Source of the DNA: Eledone cirrhosa
Taxonomy: Eukaryota
Length of the DNA: 64,000 nucleotides
Direction: 5' to 3'
NCBI GenBank assembly: GCA_964016885.1
Contig: OZ024758.1
Location: 34,782,001 to 34,846,000, forward strand
Shown here in pieces: positions 27,301-39,100 of the stretch. The notes beneath the pieces are model-generated. The model ran no database searches and was not told the origin of the DNA. It saw only the letters and a program-made list of their open reading frames with translations. A program made the translations under genes and the position numbers. Each line of letters opens with the position of its first letter. Position 1 is the stretch's first letter.

Positions 27301-28290
27301 TGGTGAGAATTCATTTAAGTCATGGTATTAGCTGTCAGAAGTAACTCCACTGTTGGTGAGAATTCATTTAAGTTCATGGTATTAACTGTCAGAAGTAACT
27401 CCACTGTTGGTGAGAATTCATTTAAGTTCATGGTACTAGCTGTCAGAAGTAACTCCAATGTTGGTGAGAATTCATTTAAGTTCATGGTATTAGCTGTCAG
27501 AAGTAACTCCACTGTTGGTGAGAATTCATTTAAGTCATGGTATTAGCTGTCAGAAGTAACTCCACTGTTGGTGAGAATTCATTTAAGTTCATGGTATTAG
27601 CTGTCAGAAGTAACTCCACTGTTGGTGAGAATTCATTTAAGTTCATGGTATTAGCTGTCAGAAGTAACTCCACTGTTGGTGAGAATTCATTTAATTTCAT
27701 GGTATTAGCTGTCAGAAGTAACTCCACTGTTGGTGAGAATTCATTTAAGTTCATGGTACTAGCTGTCAGAAGTAACTCAAATGTTGGTGAGAATTCATTT
27801 AAGTTCATGGTATTAGCTGTCAGAAGTAACTCCACTGTTGGTGAGAATTCATTTAAGTCATGGTATTAGCTGTCAGAAGTAACTCCACTGTTGGTGAGAA
27901 TTCATTTAAGTTCATGGTATTAGCTGTCAGAAGGAACTCCACTGTTGGTGAGAATTCATTTAAGTTCATGGTACTAGCTGTCAGAAGTAACTCCAATGTT
28001 GGTGAGAATTCATTTAAGTTCATGGTATTAGCTGTCAGAAGTAACTCCACTGTTGGTGAGTTTTCATTTAAGTCATGGTATTAGCTGTCAGAAGTAACTC
28101 CACTGTTGGTGAGAATTCATTTAAGTTCATGGTATTAGCTGTCAGAAGTAACTCCACTGTTGGTGAGAATTCATTTAAGTTCATGGTATTAGCTGTCAGA
28201 AGTAACTCCACTGTTGGTGAGAATTCATTTACGTTCATGGTATTAGTTTGTCAGAAGTAACTCTACTGTTGGTGAGAATTCATTTAAGTC
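15160..28290. repeat. Sub-family domain built on a 1884-bp (35-monomer) HOR and internally deleted derivatives
   Basis: Offset 1884 at 15321/17205, 25438/27322, 25653/27537, 25976/27860 and 26191/28075. Variants seen only here are AGACGTAAC, TTAACTGTC, GAGTTTTCA and CTCAAATG. Confidence 0.88.
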
Positions 28291-28450
28291 ATGGTATTAG
28301 TTGTCAGAAGTAACTCCAATGTTGGTGAGAATTCATTTAAGTTCATGGTAATAGCTGTCAGAAGTAACTCCACTGTTGGTGAGAATTCATTTAAGTCATG
28401 GTATTAGCTGTCAGAAGTAACTCCAATGTTGGTGAGAATTCATTTAAGTC

Positions 28451-31400
28451 ATGGTACTAGCTGTCAGAAGTCACTCCACTGTTGGTGAGAATTCATTTAA
28501 GTTCATGGTACTAGCTGTCAGAAATAACCCCAATGTTGGTGAGAATTCATTTAAGTTCATGGTATTAGCTGTCAGAAGTCACTCCAATGTTGGTGAGAAT
28601 TCATTTAAGTTCATGGTATTAGCTGTCAGAAGTAACTCCACTGTTGGTAAGAATTCATTTAAGTTCATGGTATTAGCTGTCAGAAGTAACTCCACTGTTG
28701 GTGAGAATTCATTTAAGTTCATGGTATTAGCTGTCAGAAGGAACGCCACTGTTGGTGAGAATTCATTTAAGTTCATGGTATTAGCTGTCAGAAGTAACTC
28801 CACTGTTGGTGAGAATTCATTTAAGTTAATGGTACTAGCTGTCAGAAGTAACTCCAATGTTGGTGAGAATTCATTTAAGTTCATGGTATTAGCTGTCAGA
28901 AGTAACTCCACTGTTGGTGAGTATTCATTTAAGTCATGGTATTAGCTGCCAGAAGTAACTCCACTGTTGGTGAGAATTCATTTAATTTCATGGTATTAGC
29001 TGTCAGAAGTAACTCCACTGTTGGTGAGAATTCATTTAAGTTCATGGTATTAGCTGTCAGAAGTAACTCCACAGTTGGTGAGAATTCATTTAAGTTCATG
29101 GTATTAGTTGGTCAGAAGTAACTCCACTGTTGGTGAGAATTCATTTAAGTCATGGTATTAGTTGTCAGAAGGAACTCCAATGTTGGTGAGAATTCATTTA
29201 AGTCATGGTACTAGGTGTCAGAAGTAACTCCACTGTTGGTGAGAATTCATTTAAGTTCATGGTATTAGCTGTCAGAAGTAACTCCACTGTTGGTGAGAAT
29301 TCATTTAAGTTCATGGTATTAGCTGTCAGAAGGAACTCCACTGTTGGTGAGAATTCATTTAAGTTCATGGTATTAGCTGTCAGAAGTAACTCCACTGTTG
29401 GTGAGAATTCATTTAAGTTCATGGTACTAGCTGTCAGAAGTAACTCCACTGTTGGTGAGAATTCATTTAAGTTCATGGTACTAGCTGTCAGAAGTAACTC
29501 CACTGTTGGTGAGAATTCAGTTAAGTTCATGGTATTAGTTGTCAGAAGTAACTCCACTGTTGGTGAGAATTCATTTAAATCATGGTATTAGTTGTCAGAA
29601 GTAACTCCAATGTTGGTGAGAATTCATTTAATTTCATGGTACGAGCTGTCAGAAGTAACTCCACTGTTGGTGAGAAATCATTTAAGTCATGGTATTAGTT
29701 GTCAGAAGTAACTCCAATGTTGGTGAGAATTCATTTAAGTTCATGGTACCAGCTGTCAGAAGTAACTCCACTGTTGGTGAGAATTCATTTAAGTTCATGG
29801 TATTAGCTGTCAGAAGTAACTCCACTGTTGGTGAGAATTCATTTACGTTCATGGTATTAGTTTGTCAGAAGTAACTCCACTGTTGGTGAGAATTCATTTA
29901 AGTCATGGTATTAGTTGTCAGAAGTAACTCCAATGTTGGTGAGAATTCATTTAAGTTCATGGTAATAGCTGTCAGAAGTAACTCCACTGTTGGTGAGAAT
30001 TCATTTAAGTCATGGTATTAGCTGTCAGAAGTAACTCCAATGTTGGTGAGAATTCATGTAAGTCATGGTACTAGCTGTCAGAAGTCACTCCACTGTTGGT
30101 GAGAATTCATTTAAGTTCATGGTACTAGCTGTCAGAAGTAACCCCAATGTTGGTGAGAATTCATTTAAGTTCATGGTATTAGCTGTCAGAAGTCACTCCA
30201 ATGTTGGTGAGAATTCATTTAAGTTCATGGTATTAGCTGTCAGAAGTAACTCCACTGTTGGTAAGAATTCATTTAAGTTCATGGTATTAGCTGTCAGAAG
30301 TAACTCCACTGTTGGTGAGAATTCATTTAAGTTCATGGTATTAGCTGTCAGAAGGAACGCCACTGTTGGTGAGAATTCATTTAAGTTCATGGTATTAGCT
30401 GTCAGAAGCAACTCCACTGTTGGTGAGAATTCATTTAAGTTAATGGTACTAGCTGTCAGAAGTCACTCCAATGTTGGTGAGAATTCATTTAAGTTCATGG
30501 TATTAGCTGTCAGAAGTCACTCCAATGTTGGTGAGAATTCATTTAAGTTCATGGTATTAGCTGTCAGAAGTAACTCCACTGTTGGTAAGAATTCATTTAA
30601 GTTCATGGTATTAGCTGTCAGAAGTAACTCCACTGTTGGTGAGAATTCATTTAAGTTCATGGTATTAGCTGTCAGAAGGAACGCCACTGTTGGTGAGAAT
30701 TCATTTAAGCTCATGGTATTAGCTGTCAGAAGTAACTCCACTGTTGGTGAGAATTCATTTAAGTTCATGGTACTAGCTGTCAGAAGTAACTCCAATGTTG
30801 GTGAGAATTCATTTAAGTTCATGGTATTAGCTGTCAGAAGGAACTCCACTGTTGCTGAGAATTCATTTAAGTTCATGGTATTAGCTGTCAGAAGTAACTC
30901 CACTGTTGGTGAGAATTCATTTAAGTTCATGGTACTAGCTGTCAGAAGTAACTCCACTGTTGGTGAGTATTCATTTAAGTCATGGTATTAGCTGTCAGAA
31001 GTAACTCCACTGTTGGTGAGAATTCATTTAAGTTCATGGTATTAGTTGTCAGAAGTAACTCCACTGTTGGTGAGAATTCATTTAAGTTCATGGTATTAGC
31101 TGTCAGAAGTAACTCCACTGTTGGTGAGAATTCATTTAAGTTCATGGTATTAGTTTGTCAGAAGTAACTCCACTGTTGGTGAGAATTCATTTAAGTCATG
31201 GTATTAGTTGTCAGAAGTAACTCCAATGTTGGTGAGAATTCATTTAAGTTCATGGTAATAGCTGTCAGAAGTAACTCCACTGTTGGTGAGAATTCATTTA
31301 AGTCATGGTATTAGCTGTCAGAAGTAACTCCAATGTTGGTGAGAATTCATTTAAGTCATGGTACTAGCTGTCAGAAGTCACTCCACTGTTGGTGAGAATC

Positions 31401-34400
31401 CATTTAAGTTCATGGTACTAGCTGTCAGAAGTAACCCCAATGTTGGTGAGAATTCATTTAAGTTCATGGTATTAGCTGTCAGAAGTCACTCCAATGTTGG
31501 TGAGAATTCATTTAAGTTCATGGTATTAGCTGTCAGAAGTAACTCCACTGTTGGTAAGAATTCATTTAAGTTCATGGTATTAGCTGTAAGAAGTAACTCC
31601 ACTGTTGGTGAGAATTCATTTAAGTTCATGGTATTAGCTGTCAGAAGGAACGCCACTGTTGGTGAGAATTCATTTAAGTTCATGGTATTAGCTGTCAGAA
31701 GTAACTCCACTGTTGGTGAGAATTCATTTAAGTTAATGGTACTAGCTGTCAGAAGTCACTCCAATGTTGGTGAGAATTCATTTAAGTTCATGGTATTAGC
31801 TGTCAGAAGTCACTCCAATGTTGGTGAGAATTCATTTAAGTTCATGGTATTAGCTGTCAGAAGTAACTCCACTGTTGGTAAGAATTCATTTAAGTTCATG
31901 GTATTAGCTGTCAGAAGTAACTCCACTGTTGGTGAGAATTCATTTAAGTTCAGGGTATTAGCTGTCAGAAGGAACGCCACTGTTGGTGAGAATTCATTTA
32001 AGCTCATGGTATTAGCTGTCAGAAGTAACTCCACTGTTGGTGAGAATTCATTTAAGTTCATGGTACTAGCTGTCAGAAGTCACTCCACTGTTGGTGAGAA
32101 TTCATTTAAGTTCATGGTACTAGCTGTCAGAAGTAACCCCAATGTTGGTGAGAATTCATTTAAGTTCATGGTATTAGCTGTCAGAAGTAACTCCACTGTT
32201 GGTGAGAATTCATTTAAGTCATGGTATTAGCTGTCAGAAGTAACTCCACTGTTGGTGAGAATTCATTTAAGTTCATGGTATTAGCTGTCAGAAGGAACTC
32301 CACTGTTGGTGAGAATTCATTTAAGTTCATGGTACTAGCTGTCAGAAGTAACTCCAATGTTGGTGAGAATTCATTTAAGTTCATGGTATTAGCTGTCAGA
32401 AGTAACTCCACTGTTGGTGAGTATTCATTTAAGTCATGGTATTAGCTGTCAGAAGTAACTCCACTGTTGGTGAGAATTCATTTAAGTTCATGGTATTAGT
32501 TGTCAGAAGTAACTCCACTGTTGGTGAGAATTCATTTAAGTTCATGGTATTAGCTGTCAGAAGTAACTCCACTGTTGGTGAGAATTCATTTAAGTTCATG
32601 GTATTAGTTTGTCAGAAGTAACTCCACTGTTGGTGAGAATTCATTTAAGTCATGGTATTAGTTGTCAGAAGGAACTCCAATGTTGGTGAGAATTCATTTA
32701 AGTCATGGTACTAGCTGTCAGAAGTAACTCCACTGTTGGTGAGAATTCATTTAAGTTCATGGTATTAGCTGTCAGAAGGAACGCCACTGTTGGTGAGAAT
32801 TCATTTAAGTTCATGGTATTAGCTGTCAGAAGTAACTCCACTGTTGGTGAGAATTCATTTAAGTTCATGGTACTAGCTGTCAGAAGTAACTCCAATGTTG
32901 GTGAGAATTCATTTAAGTTCATGGTATTAGCTGTCAGAAGGAACTCCACTGTTGGTGAGAATTCATTTAAGTTCATGGTATTAGCTGTCAGAAGTAACTC
33001 CACTGTTGGTGAGAATTCATTTAAGTCATGGTATTAGCTGTCAGAAGTAACTCCATTCTTGGTGAGAATTCATTTAAGTCATGGTACTAGCTGTCAGAAG
33101 TAACTCCAATGTTGGTGAGAATTCATTTAAGTCATGGTACTAGCTGTCAGAAGTAACTCCAATGTTGGTGAGAATTCATTTAAGTTCATGTTATTAGCTG
33201 TCAGAAGGAACTCCACTGTTGGTGAGAATTCATTTAAGTTCATGGTATTAGCTGTCAGAAGTAACTCTACTGTTGGTGAGAATTCATTTAAGTTCATGGT
33301 ATTAGCTGTCAGAAGTAACTCCACCGTTGGTGAGAATTCATTTAAGTTCATGGTACTAGCTGTCAGAAGTAACTCCAATGTTGGTGAGAATTCATTTAAG
33401 TTTATGGTATTAGCTGTCAGAAGTAACTCCACTGTTGGTGAGAATTCATTTAAGTCATGGTATTAGCTGTCAGAAGTAACTCCATTGTTGGTGAGAATTC
33501 ATTTAAGTCATGGTACTAGCTGTCAGAAGTAACTCCAATGTTGGTGAGAATTCATTTAAGTCATGGTACTAGCTGTCAGAAGTAACTCCAATGTTGGTGA
33601 GAATTCATTTAAGTTCATCTTATTAGCTGTCAGAAGGAACTCCACTGTTGGTGAGAATTCATTTAAGTTCATGGTATTAGCTGTCAGAAGTAACTCCACT
33701 GTTGGTGAGAATTCATTTAAGTTCATGGTATTAGCTGTCAGAAGTAACTCCACCGTTGGTGAGAATTCATTTAAGTTCATGGTACTAGCTGTCAGAAGTA
33801 GCCCCAATGTTGGTGAGAATTCATTTAAGTTCATGGTATTAGCTGTCAGAAGTCACTCCAATGTTGGTGAGAATTCATTTAAGTTCATGGTATTAGCTGT
33901 CAGAAGTAACTCCACTGTTGGTGAGAATTCATTTAAGTTCATGGTATTAGCTGTCAGAAGTAACTCCACTGTTGGTAAGAATTCATTTAAGTTCATGGTA
34001 TTAGCTGTCAGAAGTAACTCCACTGTTGGTGAGAATTCATTTAAGTTCATGGTATTAGCTGTCAGAAGGAACGCCACTGTTGGTGAGAATTCATTTAAGC
34101 TCATGGTATTAGCTGTCAGAAGTAACTCCACTGTTGGTGAGAATTCATTTAAGTTCATGGTACTAGCTGTCAGAAGTAACTCCAATGTTGGTGAGAATTC
34201 ATTTAAGTTCATGGTATTAGCTGTCAGAAGGAACTCCACTGTTGCTGAGAATTCATTTAAGTTCATGGTATTAGCTGTCAGAAGTAACTCCACTGTTGGT
34301 GAGAATTCATTTAAGTTCATGGTACTAGCTGTCAGAAGTAACTCCACTGTTGGTGAGAATTCATTTAAGTTCATGGTATTAGCTGTCAGAAGTCACTCCA

Positions 34401-34590
34401 GTGTTGGTGAGAATTCATTTAAGTTCATGGTATTAGCTGTCAGAAGTCACTCCACTGTTGGTGAGAATTCATTTAAGTTCATGGTACTAGCTGTCAGAAG
34501 TAACCCCAATGTTGGTGAGAATTCATTTAAGTTCATGGTATTAGCTGTCAGAAGTAACTCCACTGTTGGTGAGAATTCATTTAAGTCATG
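28451..34590. repeat. Domain with long runs of full-length 54-bp monomers rich in AGTCAC, AACCCC and GGTAAG variants
   Basis: Indel-free runs of 16-19 monomers at 30065-30981, 31358-32220 and 33563-34587. Local offset of 1293 bp (30065/31358). Confidence 0.8.
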
Positions 34591-36144
34591 GTATTAGCTG
34601 TCAGAAGTATTTCCACTGTTGGTGAGAATTCATTTAAGTTAATGGTATTAGCTGTCAGAAGGAACTCCACTGTTGGTGAGAATTCATTTAAGTTCATGGT
34701 ACTAGCTGTCAGAAGTAACTCCACTGTTGGTGAGAATTCATTTACGTTCATGGTATTAGTTTGTCAGAAGTAACTCCACTGTTGGTGAGAATTCATTTAA
34801 GTCATGGTATTAGTTGTCAGAAGTAACTCCAATGTTGGTGAGAATTCATTTAAGTTCATGGTACTAGCTGTCAGAAGTAACTCCACTGTTGGTGAGAATT
34901 CATTTAAGTTCATGGTAATAGCTGTCAGAAGTAACTCCACTGTTGGTGAGAATTCATTTAAGTCATGTTATTAGCTGTCAGAAGTAACTCCAATGTTGGT
35001 GAGAATTCATTTAAGTTCATGGTATTAGCTGTCAGAAGTAACTCCACTGTTGGTGAGTATTCATTTAAGTCATGGTATTAGCTGTCAGAAGTAACTCCAC
35101 TGTTGGTGAGAATTCATTTAAGTTCATGGTATCAGTTGTCAGAAGTAACTCCACTGTTGGTGAGAATTCATTTAAGTTCATGGTATTAGCTGTCAGAAGT
35201 AACTCCACTGTTGGTGAGAATTCATTTAAGTTCATGGTATTAGTTTGTCAGAAGTAACTCCACTGTTGGTGAGAATTCATTTAAGTCATGGTATTAGTTG
35301 TCAGAAGGAACTCCAATGTTGGTGAGAATTCATTTAAGTCATGGTACTAGCTGTCAGAAGTAACTCCACTGTTGGTGAGAATTCATTTAAGTTCATGGTA
35401 TTAGCTGTCAGAAGGAACGCCACTGTTGGTGAGAATTCATTTAAGTTCATGGTATTAGCTGTCGGAAGTAACTCCACTGTTGGTGAGAATTCATTTAAGT
35501 TCATGGTACTAGCTGTCAGAAGTAACTCCAATGTTGGTGAGAATTCATTTAAGTTCATGGTATTAGCTGTCAGAAGGAACTCCACTGTTGGTGAGAATTC
35601 ATTTAAGTTCATGGTATTAGCTGTCAGAAGTAACTCCACTGTTGGTGAGAATTCATTTAAGTCATGGTATTAGCTGTCAGAAGTAACTCCATTGTTGGTG
35701 AGAATTCATTTAAGTCATGGTACTAGCTGTCAGAAGTAACTCCAATGTTGGTGAGAATTCATTTAAGTCATGGTACTAGCTGTCAGAAGTAACTCCAATG
35801 TTGGTGAGAATTCATTTAAATTCATGTTATTAGCTGTCAGAAGGAACTCCACTGTTGGTGAGAATTCATTTAAGTTCATGGTATTAGCTGTCAGAAGTAA
35901 CTCTACTGTTGGTGAGAATTCATTTAAGTTCATGGTATTAGCTGTCAGAAGTAACTCCACCGTTGGTGAGAATTCATTTAAGTTCATGGTACTAGCTGTC
36001 AGAAGTAACTCCAATGTTGGTGAGAATTCATTTAAGTTCATGGTATTAGCTGTCAGAAGTAACTCCACTGTTGGTGAGAATTCATTTAAGTCATGGTATT
36101 AGCTGTCAGAAGTAACTCCATTGTTGGTGAGAATTCATTTAAGT

Positions 36145-39100
36145 CATGGTACTAGCTGTCAGAAGTAACTCCAATGTTGGTGAGAATTCATTTAAGTTCA
36201 TGGTATTAGCTGTCAGAAGTAACTCCACTGTTGGTGAGAATTCATTTAAGTCATGGTATTAGCTGTCAGAAGTAACTCCACTGTTGGTGAGAATTCATTT
36301 AAGTTCATGGTATTAGCTGTCAGAAGTAACTCCACTGTTGGTGAGAATTCATTTAAGTTCATGGTACTAGCTGTCAGAAGTAACTCCAATGTTGGTGAGA
36401 ATTCATTTCAGTTCATGGTATTAGCTGTCAGAAGTAACTCCACTGTTGGTGAGAATTCATTTAAGTCATGGTATTAGCTGTCAGAAGTAACTCCACTGTT
36501 GGTGAGAATTCATTTAAGTTCATGGTATTAGCTGTCAGAAGTAACTCCACTGTTGGTGAGAATTCATTTAAGTTCATGGTATTAGCTGTCAGAAGTCACT
36601 CCAGTGTTGGTGAGAATTCATTTAAGTTCATGGTATTAGCTGTCAGAAGTAACTCCACTGTTGGTGAGAATTCATTTAAGTTCATGGTATTAGCTGTCAG
36701 AAGTAACTCCACTGTTGGTGAGAATTCATTTACGTTCATGGTATTAGTTTGTCAGAAGTAACTCCACTGTTGGTGAGAATTCATTTAAGTCATGGTATTA
36801 GTTGTCAGAAGTAACTCCACTGTTGGTGAGAATTCATTTAAGTTCATGGTACTAGCTGTCAGAAGTAACTCCAATGTTGGTGAGAATTCATTTCAGTTCA
36901 TGGTATTAGCTGTCAGAAGTAACTCCACTGTTGGTGAGAATTCATTTAAGTCATGGTATTAGCTGTCAGAAGTAACTCCACTGTTGGTGAGAATTCATTT
37001 AAGTTCATGGTACTAGCTGTCAGAAGTAACTCCACTGTTGGTGAGAATTCATTTACGTTCATGGTATTAGTTTGTCAGAAGTAACTCCACTGTTGGTGAG
37101 AATTCATTTAAGTCATGGTATTAGTTGTCAGAAGTAACTCCAATGTTGGTGAGAATTCATTTAAGTTCATGGTACTAGCTGTCAGAAGTAACTCCACTGT
37201 TGGTGAGAATTCATTTAAGTTCATGGTAATAGCTGTCAGAAGTAACTCCACTGTTGGTGAGAATTCATTTAAGTCATGTTATTAGCTGTCAGAAGTAACT
37301 CCAATGTTGGTGAGAATTCATTTAAGTTCATGGTATTAGCTGTCAGAAGTAACTCCACTGTTGTTGAGTATTCATTTAAGTCATGGTATTAGCTGTCAGA
37401 AGTAACTCCACTGTTGGTGAGAATTCATTTAAGTTCATGGTATCAGTTGTCAGAAGTAACTCCACTGTTGGTGAGAATTCATTTAAGTTCATGGTATTAG
37501 CTGTCAGAAGTAACTCCACTGTTGGTGAGAATTCATTTAAGTTCATGGTATTAGTTTGTCAGAAGTAACTCCACTGTTGGTGAGAATTCATTTAAGTCAT
37601 GGTATTAGTTGTCAGAAGGAACTCCAATGTTGGTGAGAATTCATTTAAGTCATGGTACTAGCTGTCAGAAGTAACTCCACTGTTGGTGAGAATTCATTTA
37701 AGTTCATGGTATTAGCTGTCAGAAGGAACGCCACTGTTGGTGAGAATTCATTTAAGTTCATGGTATTAGCTGTCGGAAGTAACTCCACTGTTGGTGAGAA
37801 TTCATTTAAGTTCATGGTACTAGCTGTCAGAAGTAACTCCAATGTTGGTGAGAATTCATTTAAGTTCATGGTATTAGCTGTCAGAAGGAACTCCACTGTT
37901 GGTGAGAATTCATTTAAGTTCATGGTATTAGCTGTCAGAAGTAACTCCACTGTTGGTGAGAATTCATTTAAGTCATGGTATTAGCTGTCAGAAGTAACTC
38001 CATTGTTGGTGAGAATTCATTTAAGTCATGGTACTAGCTGTCAGAAGTAACTCCAATGTTGGTGAGAATTCATTTAAGTGATGGTACTAGCTGTCAGAAG
38101 TAACTCCAATGTTGGTGAGAATTCATTTAAATTCATGTTATTAGCTGTCAGAAGGAACTCCACTGTTGGTGAGAATTCATTTAAGTTCATGGTATTAGCT
38201 GTCAGAAGTAACTCTACTGTTGGTGAGAATTCATTTAAGTTCATGGTATTAGCTGTCAGAAGTAACTCCACCGTTGGTGAGAATTCATTTAAGTTCATGG
38301 TACTAGCTGTCAGAAGTAACTCCAATGTTGGTGAGAATTCATTTAAGTTCATGGTATTAGCTGTCAGAAGTAACTCCACTGTTGGTGAGAATTCATTTAA
38401 GTCATGGTATTAGCTGTCAGAAGTAACTCCATTGTTGGTGAGAATTCATTTAAGTCATGGTACTAGCTGTCAGAAGTAACTCCAATGTTGGTGAGAATTC
38501 ATTTAAGTCATGGTACTAGCTGTCAGAAGTAACTCCAATGTTGGTGAGAATTCATTTAAGTTCATGTTATTAGCTGTCAGAAGGAACTCCACTGTTGGTG
38601 AGAATTCATTTAAGTTCATGGTATTAGCTGTCAGAAGTAACTCCACTGTTGGTGAGAATTCATTTAAGTTCATGGTATTAGCTGTCAGAAGTAACTCCAC
38701 CGTTGGTGAGAATTCATTTAAGTTCATGGTACTAGCTGTCAGAAGTAACTCCAATGTTGGTGAGAATTCATTTAAGTTCATGGTATTAGCTGTCAGAAGT
38801 AACTCCACTGTTGGTGAGAATTCATTTAAGTCATGGTATTAGCTGTCAGAAGTAACTCCACTGTTGGTGAGAATTCATTTAAGTTCATGGTATTAGCTGT
38901 CAGAAGTAACTCCACTGTTGGTGAGAATTCATTTAAGTTCATGGTACTAGCTGTCAGAAGTAACTCCAATGTTGGTGAGAATTCATTTCAGTTCATGGTA
39001 TTAGCTGTCAGAAGTAACTCCACTGTTGGTGAGAATTCATTTAAGTCATGGTATTAGCTGTCAGAAGTAACTCCACTGTTGGTGAGAATTCATTTAAGTT

